The notes under the pieces were generated by a model. That model searched no databases. It was not told the DNA's origin and saw only the letters and a program-made list of their open reading frames with translations. DNA of 63,127 bases, the filler included, from Octopus bimaculoides (taxonomy: Eukaryota), in the NCBI RefSeq assembly GCF_001194135.2. It is 5 parts of 5 records of this genome, joined end to end, with 100 filler letters (N's around TTAATTAATTAA, not from the genome) between each part and the next. Parts side by side here need not be neighbours in the genome. Positions count along the whole stretch, not along the records: positions 61,022 to 63,127 come from NC_068994.1; 4 more parts are not named here. One strand, given 5' to 3'. The stretch's first letter is position 1. Every line of letters starts with the position of its first letter. Positions 63,093 to 63,127 of this stretch are shown piece by piece. The position numbers and the translations under genes are program-made.

Positions 63093-63127
<35 letters not shown>
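62986..63127. repeat. (TA)n/(TATG)n microsatellite
   Basis: Direct reading. Confidence 0.95.

Overview
AT-rich, gap-containing eukaryotic DNA, most likely from a coleoid cephalopod (Octopus-like). This is inferred from the recurrent tRNA-derived SINE families and the very high microsatellite density, not from a database search. I found no supportable host-gene exon, so the window looks like an intergenic or deep-intronic transposon graveyard. It holds decayed Penelope-like elements, R4/Dong, HERO, RTE and Tx1/L1 LINE relics, four or five hAT transposase relics, mariner/Tc1 relics, several MITEs, roughly 30 SINE copies from 4-5 families, and many microsatellites. Almost all ORF-track entries are microsatellite translations or transposon fragments. 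The most interesting signals are non-coding: (i) four minimal type-I hammerhead-ribozyme-like motifs, two of them in a ~196-bp tandem resembling a retrozyme or Penelope pseudo-LTR; (ii) a ~1.2-kb foldback element with ~500-bp inverted arms inserted in (TA)n; (iii) a ~190-bp imperfect hairpin; (iv) a ~105-115-bp repeat carrying perfect heat-shock-element triads. Boundaries of decayed relics are approximate (tens to ~100 bp). TIR, TSD and motif coordinates were read directly. Family assignments come from manual translation and remembered protein motifs.
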